Assembly (NCBI GenBank): GCA_051453625.1
Contig: JBOZIK010000001.1
Location: 24,869,997 to 24,918,632, forward strand
DNA from: Welwitschia mirabilis
Taxonomy: Eukaryota
Direction of reading: 5' to 3'
Length of the DNA: 48,636 nt
Made by a program: the position numbers and the translations under genes. The first letter of the stretch is position 1. Each line of letters opens with the position of its first letter. Of this stretch, positions 12,986 through 25,278 are shown in pieces. The notes below the pieces were generated by a model, which did not search any database, had not been told where the DNA came from, and worked only from the letters and a program-made list of their open reading frames with translations.

Positions 12986-14072
12986 TTTAGTGCATATTTA
13001 TGTAATGTTTATGTCTTGATTAGAATTCTGTTAACTACAAATAATATGCACAAACAAAACACACTAATATAGATGGAAGTGACCTGAATGTCGTAATACA
13101 TTGAAGGCCAAAATATGGAAATAAGAGAGTTGCTTTCAAGATGAAAAATATTGTAACCCTAACCTACAAAAATAACTTGCAATGCATGAAAATGAAATAA
13201 AACACACTTATGCAAAATTAATTTAGGAAAAGAAATAATAATGCATCTAAACTAACCAAGAACAACCTTAACAAAGGTTGCCCTCATAATCTATATCACA
13301 AGAGAAGCTGGCACTGAATCTCAAGTAACATAAATTCTAAGGGAGAAGATAATTCATACATTAAGCACAAAAAGAAATGTTTATATTAAAAATTCACATC
13401 ACATCTATATTATAAAGTAGCTACATCTCAATGGAGGAAATGCCGCCCAATACTAAGGAAAAATCTATCTAAAATTACAGGATAGTTCTCTGGCCCCTTG
13501 ATCTCCTGTCATGAGTGTGTTACGTACCAACGAAGATGAGCAAGAAACGAGAGAAAGACATCTATTTATTGACTTAAAACATAAAATAAAATGGACAGAA
13601 AGGCATGGAAAAATCCTAACCATCATGCAAAAATAAATCAGAATAAGTGGAAAAAGTTTAGGTGAACATTCAGTGTGGGCGTTACAAATAGTGTCATCCA
13701 GCTAGTCGTCCAGACGATACAGGAGATGATGCTATCTCATAGTTAAACCCTCATCTGCTGCCAGTTAAACTACCATTTAGACATTAGTCAGCATCTAGTT
13801 TGCATAGTTATCTATTCCTATCATCCGGACAATCTGGTAGATGATGGACTTCGATAGATTGCTTTAGCTTTGTTGTTTGCAGGAAGTTATCATCCGAAAT
13901 ATATATTATTCATATTTGTTCAGAATGTTTGTAATTTACTAAGGAAATTGCATATTCACATCCTTTTCATTCCATCTTTCCAATATTATGAAAACCAATT
14001 ATTTACCTATCCATTTACCTGCAAAACAACTCAAAATACCCTATCAAATATATGTAAGTCTGTGGCGCAATA
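12986..14072 (-). repeat. 5' LTR of family A element (about 1.09 kb)
   Basis: Abuts the PBS. Alignable by eye at both ends to 44016-45254, e.g. both carry ctcaaaataccctatcaaatata near the plus-strand right end. Termini are eroded. Confidence 0.75.
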
Positions 14073-14238
14073 GTAAGTTTTATTATGATCATGTACTAAT
14101 TAAACATGCTTACTCCATTGTGCTATTTAGTAATGCAATTGTGATTTAATTTTGATTTTATGATATCCCAACTAAAATTGTAAATGCTTGCACTACTAAG
14201 ATTTACCAAGTCATGGACATCACAAAAAAGGGGAAGAT

Positions 14239-14505
14239 TGTTGATAAAATTCCAATTTTTATGACATTGTTATCAAATACAATGTGACTAATTTATAGAC
14301 ATGATATTAAAGATATCTTTTAGATTACCAAGGTACTTAAATTACAAATAGAAATCATCATCTAGCCAATGTTAATGTCTAAGGTAATTAATAGGTTATG
14401 CAAATAAAGCTCAAGATCATAGAAGACTCAACTTAAAATTCATGAAGGTTGGATAAAGTTGACCAGAGATGTCTATAGTGTTGAATACATCTATGTAAAG
14501 ATGTC
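14239..14505 (+). repeat. 5' part of a second SIRE-like LTR, cut by an assembly gap
   Basis: Begins TGTTGATAAAATT right after the PPT and is homologous to 18128-18460. Confidence 0.72.
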
Positions 14506-14605
14506 NNNNNNNNNNNNNNNNNNNNNNNNNNNNNNNNNNNNNNNNNNNNNNNNNNNNNNNNNNNNNNNNNNNNNNNNNNNNNNNNNNNNNNNNNNNNNNN
14601 NNNNN

Positions 14606-15215
14606 ATTAATAGTTTACTTTATCTTATAGCTAGTATATCAGATATAGTTCTAAATGTAGGGATATGTACATGTTATTAGAGTGATCCTAGAAAATCATA
14701 CCCTACTATCATTGAAAGAATATTTTATCATTTAAAAGGTACTAATAGGCCTTTGGTACTCAAAGGACTTATGCCTTTATCTAGTTTGAAATTATCATGT
14801 AGATTATATAGCTTTTAAGGATGATAGAAGGAGAACTAATGGAAGTCACTACTTATTAGAATAATGCTTAGTATCATGAAGTAGTAAGAGTGAATATTCA
14901 ATTACTCTCTCAATTGTCAAAGCTATGTAAATTGGTAGTAAAAGTTATTATGCTTAAGTTATTTAGGAAAAAAATATTGAAAAACTTTGGACTTAGAATG
15001 GAGAAAATTTAAACTTATTATGATAATAAGAGTTCCATCAACATATTTAAAAATTCTATTTAGCATTTCAGAATGAAGCACATTGAAATTAGAGACCACT
15101 TTCTTAGAGAGCATGTGAAAAATAAAGACAGCACTTTGGAATATGTCAAAATGAATTAAAATCATTGAATGAAGAAAGGTTCATTAAGCTATGCTAGAAT
15201 TTAGAGATTGGACCT
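14606..15215 (+). pseudogene. Ty1/copia RT C-terminus and RNase H remnant
   Basis: INSLLYLIASISDIVLNVGIC..., DDRRRTNG, DNKSS, KHIEIRDHFLREHV; interrupted by stops. Confidence 0.85.
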
Positions 15216-15794
15216 TTCCTAATCAAGTAATTCTATAGGTAACTTGGCCACTTACTTATGATTGATCTTCAAATTTATATTAAGTGATTAGCATTATCAA
15301 TTTTTATTTTTATTAATTTTACATAATATTATCTAATAATGATGTTAGTAATAGACAATCTAGTAGTTTTTAGGATATTTAAGATAGATATCTTTAAAAC
15401 TACAAACATCTTACTTAGAAATGTCTTTGATGTTAAGACATCTTTGAAGTATATAGACATCTTTAGTTGTTAATAAAAAGCAAATAAAAATAGATATCCT
15501 TTAAAAGATAGACATCTCATACTTTCAAAATAGATGTCTTTAAGGTTATAAACATCTTTATTGGCTCTAGGTAGTATTTTAAATGTTTTATTAGCAGACA
15601 TTTTTGGAATTTATAGAAATCTAGTTTTATCCTCTTAAATATCTTCCATGAGGTAGACATCTTTGATACTATCTGTAATTAGAAACCATGCTAAATCCTA
15701 GGATTTTAAGTCCTTTTTAAGTAAGAAAAGGACTATTAACCCTTATTTTCATTCCTTTAGTCATCAGATGTCTCTCTCATTATGCACAAAAACC

Positions 15795-15826
<32 letters not shown>
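15795..15826 (+). repeat. Compound microsatellite (CT)9(CA)7
   Basis: Read directly from the sequence. Confidence 0.95.
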
Positions 15827-15827
<1 letters not shown>

Positions 15828-15971
15828 ATTTCACTAGATAAACGTCTTTAATATTAAAGAAGTCTTTATAGTAAGACAACATATGCTATTTTCTTATTAA
15901 AAGTTCATATTTTTTCATTTTTATCAGAAATTCTTTCATGTTTTAGTTTCTACCTTTTTTATTTCATAAAT

Positions 15972-17100
15972 ATGATGAGGAAAAGACCCACTAGAACTCT
16001 TAAGGAAAAGGAACCTATTTATGAGACATAAAGACCATGGTATAAAGCTCAATTTTATCAAGAATCAGCTAAGAAATGGTTTAACAATTTGATTATAAAT
16101 TTTATCATTATAGAAAAAACTCTTAATTTTCATAAGCATAAGAAGGATTAGCTATTAGCATACTTCACTTGTCTTGGTTGGAACATGATCATTTAGATTG
16201 AAGAGATTATTATAGATCCTATTATAAGAAAATTATATGCTAATATTCATGAGATTAATGATGCTAATAGTATATTTTAGCACAAGTAAGAGGTACTCAT
16301 CTCATTCTAACTCCAATTTTTTTTAATAGACTACTTAGTATTGATGATTCAATTACTCCTTAGTTATACATGCATTCTTTAAAAGATATCTTCATATAAC
16401 AGTTAGTTAAAGTTTTAAGATGTATTTTAGTAATGTTATTTTTAGTTATGCAAACATGAAGTCTTATAAGAATGTTGAATAAAAGAACATGATGCCAAAT
16501 TCCTCTATGTTAAGCTTGGTTTCATTTATAATATTCTAGTATAAGTAGGCAGTCATAATTACTAAAATCTCATGAAAACATTTTTAGTGGATTATTTCCT
16601 TACAAGGGTTAAAATTCATATTTGTTTTGTACTAAGCATGAACATTGTTACTCTATTTTAGAAGGGTCAAACTTTGAGCCTTCCATATTTAATCAACTTC
16701 ATTATTAATAGTGATAGTATCATAGTGCCTTAGGTAAATCTTATTTAAGTAAAGAAGTCACTTTTAAAGTTTAGTAAGAAGAAACATGTATCAGTTTAGG
16801 TAGGGGAAGGCATGAGAAAAAGGCCTTTTAAAACACATTTTTAAAGATCCAAATATATAGGTTCACATAGTTCTTAATTAGTCAATAAGTATCTCTATGT
16901 CATAGCTAATATGGTTAAAAATATTAACAAAAACTTATTGAGATTAAAGAAGCATACATCCATCGTTAGTGAGAGGAAAGCACTTACTAGTAACTAGGAA
17001 TGTATTGGGACTTCTACATGATTAGATTTAGAGGAGGATTTAATGTCAAAGGAGATTATAATACTATGTACCATAAACTATAATTATAGTAGGGAAAAGA
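15972..17100 (+). pseudogene. Accessory ORF downstream of copia pol (SIRE env-like position), degenerate
   Basis: Starts MMRKRPTRTLKEKEP. Contains IIRKLYANI (16221-16247), QVRGTHLILTP and LSLPYLINFII. The 3' end is approximate. Confidence 0.55.
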
Positions 17101-18127
17101 ACATAAAAGAGTTAGTTACTTTAGAGATAAAGTAAGAGGAAACACACATTCAAGATAAGTACCAACTTCTACCAAAGGTGCAGGAGGAGTATCCAGTGGA
17201 TTTAGATGATTTAGATGATGAGCCTCTAATATTCTATATGGATTACTATACACTTTTAATTTGTCATCCTACACAACTACCTTTACTAGCTCATATACCT
17301 TCATTACCTTACTTACATTCACCACCACTACTTACACTTTCCTTTCATGCATTACCACTTAACACTGCTCCACCATCTGCACCTCATTTTACTTAAACTA
17401 TTTCAACTACTTTATTTGGTACTTTCATTATCCCTTAAATGTATTTTTGTATGAAGAACAAGCCTCTTAAAGTTATGGTAAGACATCACAACAATAGTCA
17501 TGAAAATAGTATACACATTCACTTGCCTCATCCTCATCATATGTCATCTAGACTTTCATTACCTAGAATAGTGATGATGATAGTGATGTTTCTAGGAATG
17601 GAGTTCCCTATACTATTAACTCTACTCTCAGTGATTAGATCTTTTTGTATTATTCAAAAAGAGGGAGGAGATATGGCAAATCACTTTGAACATCTTATGC
17701 AAGTTTGAAGGACATGGATTTAAGGCACTTGATTGGATCTTCTTGTGAGTGTCATCATAGTTGATGCTCACTCTTAATTTATTGCACAAATGACTTGATA
17801 TTTTATTTTTTCTTAGTTTTTTTCCCTTGTTGTACTCTTTCTTATTTTTTAGATGTATTTGTGATATATTTTATCATACTTATATTGATCTAGTACTAGC
17901 ACTACCATTGACTTTACTATCTTGTGTGATTATCAAATGTGTTTTTCATGTTAGTTCTTATTGCAATGTTTATTACACTCATGTATCAATTAAACATACA
18001 TAGTCCTTTGTACTAGTTAGTAATGCAATTATGATTTAATTTTATTTTTATGCTATCCAAGTATAATTGTAAATGCTTATACTAGTAAGATTTACTAAGT
18101 TCTAGATATCATCAAGAAGGAAGAGAT

Positions 18128-19740
18128 TATTAGTAAAATTCTAGTTTGATAAATTTACTTATCAAATATAATGTAATTAATGTAAAAATAATGTATTAAA
18201 AACATCTTTTATATTACCAAGAAACTTAAATTTTAAATATGAATCACCATCTATCCAATATTAAAGACATCTTTTAGATTGTCAAGGCACTCAAAATGGA
18301 AATAGGGATCACCATCTAGCCAATGTCAATGTTTAAGGTAATTAATAGGTTATGTAAATAAAGCTTAAGGTCACAAAAGACTCATCTTAGAATTTATGAA
18401 AGGTGGATAAATTTAACAAGAGATGTCTACAATATTGAATAAATCCATGTCAAAGATATTTATAAGAATAAAGATGTCTATACTAAATCTGAAGCTCAAA
18501 TAGGTAAAAGATTTTTATTTTAGTAAAGATACCTATACTAAATGAACTAATGAAAGACATTTGATAGTACGAGGACATCTATGCTAAAATAAAATAGATG
18601 TTAGAATATAGTTGTACCAATAGAACAATAAAGATGAATTATTTATTCTATAGAATCTAGCAAATTTTAACATAATAAATTCTTGATGTTTAAGGACCAA
18701 AGACACAGTGGTTTAAAGCTTGTTGAAATCTAGGCAGGTTGATTGAAAATGTCTTTCAGATTAAATATTTTTAATTATGAGAGAAATCCACCATGGTGAA
18801 GATGTATATCTTAAAAAAGTGATGTAAAAATGACTAAATCTAATTATTTATAACCATTAGACTACATTCAAAATAATTCAATTGGTTATATAATTGAAAA
18901 GAAGATCAAGAATACCTCAAAAATATAAAAGGCATAAAGATTAGAGATGTAAGGGTTACTCACATAACTGATTGAAACTATATAAGCTAAAATATATTTA
19001 AATTTAATCAAAAGGACTTTAATACTAAAGACATTGTATGATTTGTAGTACTTCTATGGCACAACTTTAGTACTTGATCTTTGTAAGTAACTACATCAAG
19101 GAGAACATAAGAAAAGTAACTACATCAAGGAGGACATAAGCAATTATCATTGTGACATCACCTCAAGATTGTTTATTTTTCCTTTAATAGCTTTGATACT
19201 ATTTGATTATTGAATTACCTATAACCTCATTCACAAGATTTTGTATATCTTTTCTAGGATTTCTTACTTTGGGATTCCATGGTGTAAGGCAATCCTTATA
19301 TGCGTGTGTTATTATGATTAGTTTTGTACTTAGGAGTACTATTAAATATATATTTGTTATTATCCCTAAGGGAATAGAGTACTACATTTAGAGAAGTATC
19401 TCAATTAGGTATGTAGTTGATAGTGCTCTAAAACCACTATTTTATAGGTTAAGAATATCTAGAGGTATGAAAGAAAGCTACCCTTTATGTGTGGATATAC
19501 CTAGGTTGGGGAACCACATAAATTGATAAGATCTTGATTGTAAATTTTATTTATTTAATTTTTAAACTTTATTTGAAAAAACTCATTTACCCTCTTCTCT
19601 GAGTTTAAGAATCCTCATTTACCTAGGTTGAAAAAGCATGTAAATTAGTAAGATTTCCTTGTATGATTTTTATTAGTTGGTTGGTTATTTTTTTTTAGTG
19701 GATCTTATTTATGCCTCCACTCTAGGTATGATGATGCTTA
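18128..19740 (+). repeat. SIRE-like LTR (about 1.6 kb), bounded by a PPT on the left and a PBS on the right
   Basis: Follows atcaagaaggaagagat. The first 330 bp match 14239-14505. TATA-like TATAAAAG at about 18924. Ends just before TGGTATCA. Confidence 0.72.
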
Positions 19741-19742
19741 GG

Positions 19743-19754
19743 TGGTATCAAAAT
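19743..19754 (+). other. Primer binding site (tRNA-iMet type)
   Basis: TGGTATCAAAAT versus canonical TGGTATCAGAGC, located directly before gag. Confidence 0.7.
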
Positions 19755-19789
19755 AGGTACTCACAAAGATTAGTAACATCTTTGAGTGA

Positions 19790-20520
19790 ACTATAAAGGG
19801 ATACTATCCATCAGACCTTTACTCTTTTATGGGTTAACCTACATCTATTGGAAGATGAGGATGCAAGTGTACTTATAGTTTTTTGATTTCCATGATTGGC
19901 AAAGCATTAAAGATGGATACAGAAAACCAATAAAAACCTTCATAGATACTATAGATAATACCATTACACAAGTTAATCTTAGGAGAAAATGGAAAAACCA
20001 AGACAAGGAAGCCTTTATGTATATTTCAAAGGGAAAGAATGCTCTTTATTTAGCCCTTACTTTGAAAAAGTTCAATTGGATAACTACATGTAAAGGTGCT
20101 AGAAGCATATAGAATATCTTAGAAGGTACATATGAATGAACCTAAATTATCAAGCAATCAAAAATCTTGATTTAGATGAATCAATTTGAGAATATAAAGA
20201 TGAATGATGGAAAGAGAATGAATGAATACTTTACAAGGGTTAACAACATTGTAAATGCCGTTCATATAGTTAGTAAAGATCTTCTAAAGTACAAGGTGAT
20301 TTAGAAAGTAACTAGATCCTTGATTCTCAAATATATGCTAAAGATAATAGCAATGAAATAATTAAATGATTTTAACACTATGAAGATTGAAGAAATGCAA
20401 GTGCTTTAATAGCTTACAAGATGGACCTCATATAAGAAGATGCCATAAAAGAGAAACACATTTCTTTTAAGGCAAGTAAAAGCTCAAGACAAGCATCTAA
20501 AGAAAAGGCATAAGAAGCTA
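19790..20520 (+). pseudogene. Ty1/copia (SIRE-like) gag remnant, 3' truncated
   Basis: RPLLFYGLTYIYWKMRMQVYL, NQFENIKMNDG, EYFTRVNNIVNA, ISFKAS: UBN2-type gag motifs with stops. Confidence 0.78.
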
Positions 20521-20537
20521 CATAGGAGAGCAATCAT

Positions 20538-21244
20538 TGTTGAAGGAAGAACTATTCTATCATGTCTTTTTAGTTTTTATTCTTTGAAAATGAGCTAGCC
20601 TTGAGATTAGCTTGATATTTATTTTTTAAGATTAATATTTCATCCATTGATGTACTACAATTTCATTTATATAGTAACATGCTAGTTTTTGTTTCTTGAT
20701 TTTATGCATGATTCATTTCATATCTTTAATACTTGATATGAAGCTACAATGTTGCCAATTTATTTATGTTTCTAAGTGAATTTTAATGCTTTATGTTTTC
20801 ATTTTCATAGTTTTATCTTGTTTTCTAAATCTTTGGTTTCATTTTCTACTTTTTATCCTTATAAGTACACTATGATAAATGAAGACTGATAGGAGGATCT
20901 CACCACTACTTATATGATGAATGTGATTTCACAACAATTCAAACCACAATGAACTTTAATGTATTTAAGAATTAAAGAGGAACTTGCATCATCTATTTGA
21001 ATGCATTTTTCTTGTTCTATTAAAACATTTAAGTTAGTTCTTAAGTGATGCATTTATTTTCAGTTATCACTCATTGAATTCCTTTTTAAAAATTCTTAAC
21101 TTAAAGTTGCTTGAAACATTTTTCTAGTTTAGAAGTATGTATACTACTACTTTTCTATCATCTTTATTCCTATGGAAGAATAACTCTAGGACCATTCTAC
21201 AATAGACATTCTAGTTTTTACTTGTAAAAGCAAGCCTCAATTAG
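20538..21244 (+). repeat. Partial 5' LTR of the non-autonomous element
   Basis: Collinear with 25800-26499 (shared aatgagctagccttgag ... tgtaaaagcaagcct). Confidence 0.75.
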
Positions 21245-24200
21245 ATTTTTAACATTGTTACCAAGGATAATGACATGGCATCTTTAGTAGGACATGTGTA
21301 GATTTTTCCTTTCTTACATCTTAGATTCTAGTATCTTCATTTTCTACACTTTTCCAATGTGTGGTACTTGTCCTATTCTAGTAATACCTGAATTGGTTTA
21401 GTTTTCTTACATTTATATTTGTGCATTTCTTTTATTTTCTATACTCTCTAGTAATTAGTACTAGTCATTTTTCAATAATACCCAAAATTGTTATGATTCT
21501 TAGTTATTTCAAGTTTTTGTTTCACTTTTTAGCTCTAACTTATACTATTGTTGTTATATTGATATTTTTTTTGTATAATGTTCACCAGTTTGTGCTGATT
21601 TAGCTATTAAATTTCTCTCAAACTAATGATAAAGAGATGACAATAAAAAAAGTCAAACGAAATCAAAACTAACAAAATAGAAAAGAACACCCTTTCCCTT
21701 TCATTTGTTTTTTGCATTTTCATTACTATACATTTTTTGTTTTATTTCTGTATGTACTTAGATTAAATTTTTTATTTCTTTTTGCTTTTCTGAGTTTCCA
21801 TTTTTTAAAGGATTTTACCATGATTTTCATTTCATATCTACGCTGCATTTTCATTTTTGTCAATCTTTTTTCAAATCCATTCCAAATATAGCATGGATTT
21901 TTATCATGAAGATGGATCATTTCCTTTGCCTTTTCTAAAATATAACCCCTACCATTTTTAACCCCAAAATATTTTTAATACTAAGTGAATTATAAGGGAT
22001 TGTCTTCAACATATGGAATCTCTTTTATAGATAGATAAGCCTATTTATAACCTTGAGTTTCAAACTCCTTACTTTCAACAAAAAAAGTGTGGTCCTATGT
22101 CTTTCGCCATTTTTCATAACCCTTATTCCTCAATATCTTATCAATTCCCTTTACCTTGTAATTCTTATCCTCCATTTTTTTTCATGAACACCCTTTATTC
22201 TTCATTATTTGACTAATACCCATTACCTTTTATCACTTGACAATCCTCTTTAAATTCCTTGGGAGACATCTTTGCAAGATTTAGGGAATTTCAAATGCAA
22301 ATAAACCAAAGCCTTGAGTAAAACAAATAATACTTAAACTAGGTTACTACTTAAATCTTTAGTACACTTAAGCATTAAGAAGAGGAAAATCTTTATACAC
22401 TCCATTAACCTAATCTTGGGAGTCTCAAAAAACTTGAAAGGATTATGGTTAGTTGAATCAATGATAACCAAGACATATTATTTAGGAATCGAAAGGTCAT
22501 AAATGAGGACCTAAAGAATAAGCAATCATCAAAGGATGAGAAGTTACTTGAGGAGAGTTATACATTAGAGGATGAGTCATTTCACAATCCTTATAAAGAG
22601 AAGAATATTAAACAAAAATTCATACATGATCCATTATATGCAGAACCATTTCCTTCTTCTCAACACTCTCATGATCAAAACATTTCTATTTCATCTTCAT
22701 CTTTTAAGAAAGACCTAAGCTTTAATAAATAATACAAACCTTTCATCTAATTGGAATCATCTTCTAATGATTCTTTTAATAAACAAATGCTTTGTCTACT
22801 AGTTTTCAAATCACTTTTATCTTTCCATCAAAATGATGTCTTGCAAGAATTATTGAGAAAGTGTAAACAAGCTAAAGAATAAACCATTTCAAACCTTAAA
22901 TACATATATTTTACTACTTGTATTGATTTTCTTTCTAATTTTATTAACTCATGTATTAAAATTTACATGGATTCTCTCCTAGTTTAAAATGCATGATTCA
23001 TGATTTTATGTTTGCTTTCATACCTATAAGCCTTCATCCATACATTTTCTTGGAAAACCCTATGTTGAGAAAATTTGAATTTCATTGCATACTTTTAGAC
23101 TAGATTATTATTTTATAATAAACATAGGATGGATAGTTTCATACATAATAAAACCAATGTCTTCTAATAATGTCTCTTTGATGCAACCACTTAAAGCATT
23201 ACAATCTATATAATCATCACCTTAAGCCATTTCATTTAGGTAATCCTAAGTTTCACCCACTTCATAGAATAAGCCATTACTTTCTTAAACTTTAGCATCT
23301 ACTTCTTCCATCATGGCTTTTTTATAAAACTCACTAACCATCCACCTCTCCTATTTACTTATGAGTTTTGAGACTTAAATATCTAGGTTGATGACCTTTA
23401 ATAATTAAACCAATAATAAGTGATCCTTGTTCATCTTAAATTTTTGTTAAGGTTAGGTGCACTTATGATTTTGAAATAAAGTTATTCTTATTTTGAGTTA
23501 TTTTTTTAAAGTTTGCATTCACCTGAGATGTTTGATTTAGGAAAATAAAAATGGATAAAAACATAAAATCTACTTTCATATTGTTCTCTTTGCTTTCAAG
23601 CATTTATGGGATAACATATTTCTTAATTAGGCTAATGAGATAATGACCATTCTATGTGCATAAAAAAATGTATATAAGAGGTAGATACAAAATAAAAATA
23701 ATATATTTTCTCCAAAAGCATAATTTTATTTCCACTTAATTTATTAGATTTAATTTACTACATCAGGCCTATAGATGCTTATTGGAAATGTAGCTCTATT
23801 GATCTACTTATGCCATGTTCAATTGCATTAGGGTTATAGACACTTACTAGTAGGGTAACACCAATTTCTTAAAAGATAACATGCTTAACTCTATTGGAAG
23901 AAAATGCTATAACACTGGATGCTCAATAAGATTAAAATGCTTAAAACAAAGGTACACATGATTGCATAAAAGGAAAAAAATTAGAAATAAAATATGGAAA
24001 TTAGAGATCTCTTGTGTTTTTATTTTATTTAATAATTTTACTTAATTTTCTTTACCACTCTTAGATTTGAACGATTTTTCTTTGTCAAAATCTTACTTAT
24101 GTGACATTTAGATTCATTAGATAAAGTTAAAAAATTATAAAAAACTTAATAAATAAAGTTATTATATTACATAATTAGTCTCTTTTATTCATATGTTGTA

Positions 24201-25278
24201 TGGTAGAGTTTTTATTTGCATTACCATTTTTCATTCCACATCCATTCACATTACTGTTTTCACCTTACCCCTATTCTATGAGAAAGCACATCAAAGGCAT
24301 AAATCTTTTTTATTATGGATTGAACTTTTACTTGNNNNNNNNNNNNNNNNNNNNNNNNNNNNNNNNNNNNNNNNNNNNNNNNNNNNNNNNNNNNNNNNNN
24401 NNNNNNNNNNNNNNNNNNNNNNNNNNNNNNNNNNNNNNNNNNNNNNNNNNNNNNNNNNNNNNNNNNNNNNNNNNNNNNNNNNNNNNNNNNNNNNNNNNNN
24501 NNNNNNNNNNNNNNNNNNNNNNNNNNNNNNNNNNNNNNNNNNNNNNNNNNNNNNNNNNNNNNNNNNNNNNNNNNNNNNNNNNNNNNNNNNNNNNNNNNNN
24601 NNNNNNNNNNNNNNNNNNNNNNNNNNNNNNNNNNNNNNNNNNNNNNNNNNNNNNNNNNNNNNNNNNNNNNNNNNNNNNNNNNNNNNNNNNNNNNNNNNNN
24701 NNNNNNNNNNNNNNNNNNNNNNNNNNNNNNNNNNNNNNNNNNNNNNNNNNNNNNNNNNNNNNNNNNNNNNNNNNNNNNNNNNNNNNNNNNNNNNNNNNNC
24801 ATTTAGCTTTGTTATACATATTCTAGCAAAGTTGCATTTCTTTGCATTTTCCCTTTTCTAGTTGCAATAAAATGACATGTAGTAAAGCATATTCTTTCTA
24901 AGGTTTTATCAACTTATTCTAAAATTCTACATTGATTTTTTCCTATCTTTTCAAACTTTTAGAAGAAGTTCAACTTCAGTTTGGGAGGTATAGCATTCGC
25001 ATTTTTTATTTTAATGCCTCATTTTCTCAAAAATTAGCCAAATTCTTCAAGTTTATCATTCTTATACTTGAATGGCTTTCNNNNNNNNNNNNNNNNNNNN
25101 NNNNNNNNNNNNNNNNNNNNNNNNNNNNNNNNNNNNNNNNNNNNNNNNNNNNNNNNNNNNNNNNNNNNNNNNNNNNNNNNATTCTTATACTTGAATGGCT
25201 TTCTTAGAAAGATTTCCATGTTAGTTATTCTTTATTGTGATTTTTGCTAAGGGATTAGCAAAAGTTTTGTCAAGGGTG

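Larger units (their letters stand above)
1..14072 (-). mobile_element. Degenerate Athila-like Ty3/gypsy LTR retrotransposon region (family A), running off the left edge; composite of two pol segments
   Basis: On the minus strand: LTR, tRNA-Asp-type PBS, gag (FPITLRDKAKFW), protease (LIDIGASINIMP), RT (FIEIFIDDFS), RNase H (NYTTTEKEMLA), integrase (GRHF...CDSCQ, WGINFM, KWVEAIP), then a long 3' region with an extra ORF. Confidence 0.9.
14073..20520 (+). mobile_element. Degenerate SIRE/Maximus-like Ty1/copia region: 3' end and LTR start, gap, RT/RNaseH, accessory ORF, PPT, LTR, PBS, gag
   Basis: PPT-LTR junction CAAAAAAGGGGAAGATTGTTG (14223-14243) with an eroded copy at 18113-18132. Copia RT/RH motifs (SLLYLIAS..DI, KHIEIRDHFLREHV). 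tRNA-iMet PBS followed by SIRE-type gag (RPLLFYGLTYIYWKMRMQVYL). Confidence 0.82.

Noticed and set aside
25058-25203. 23-bp direct repeat on both sides of a gap
   Set aside because: Identical contig-end overlap, most likely an assembly artefact.
24193-25250. Long ORFs in the ORF track
   Set aside because: Artefacts of reading through N gaps.
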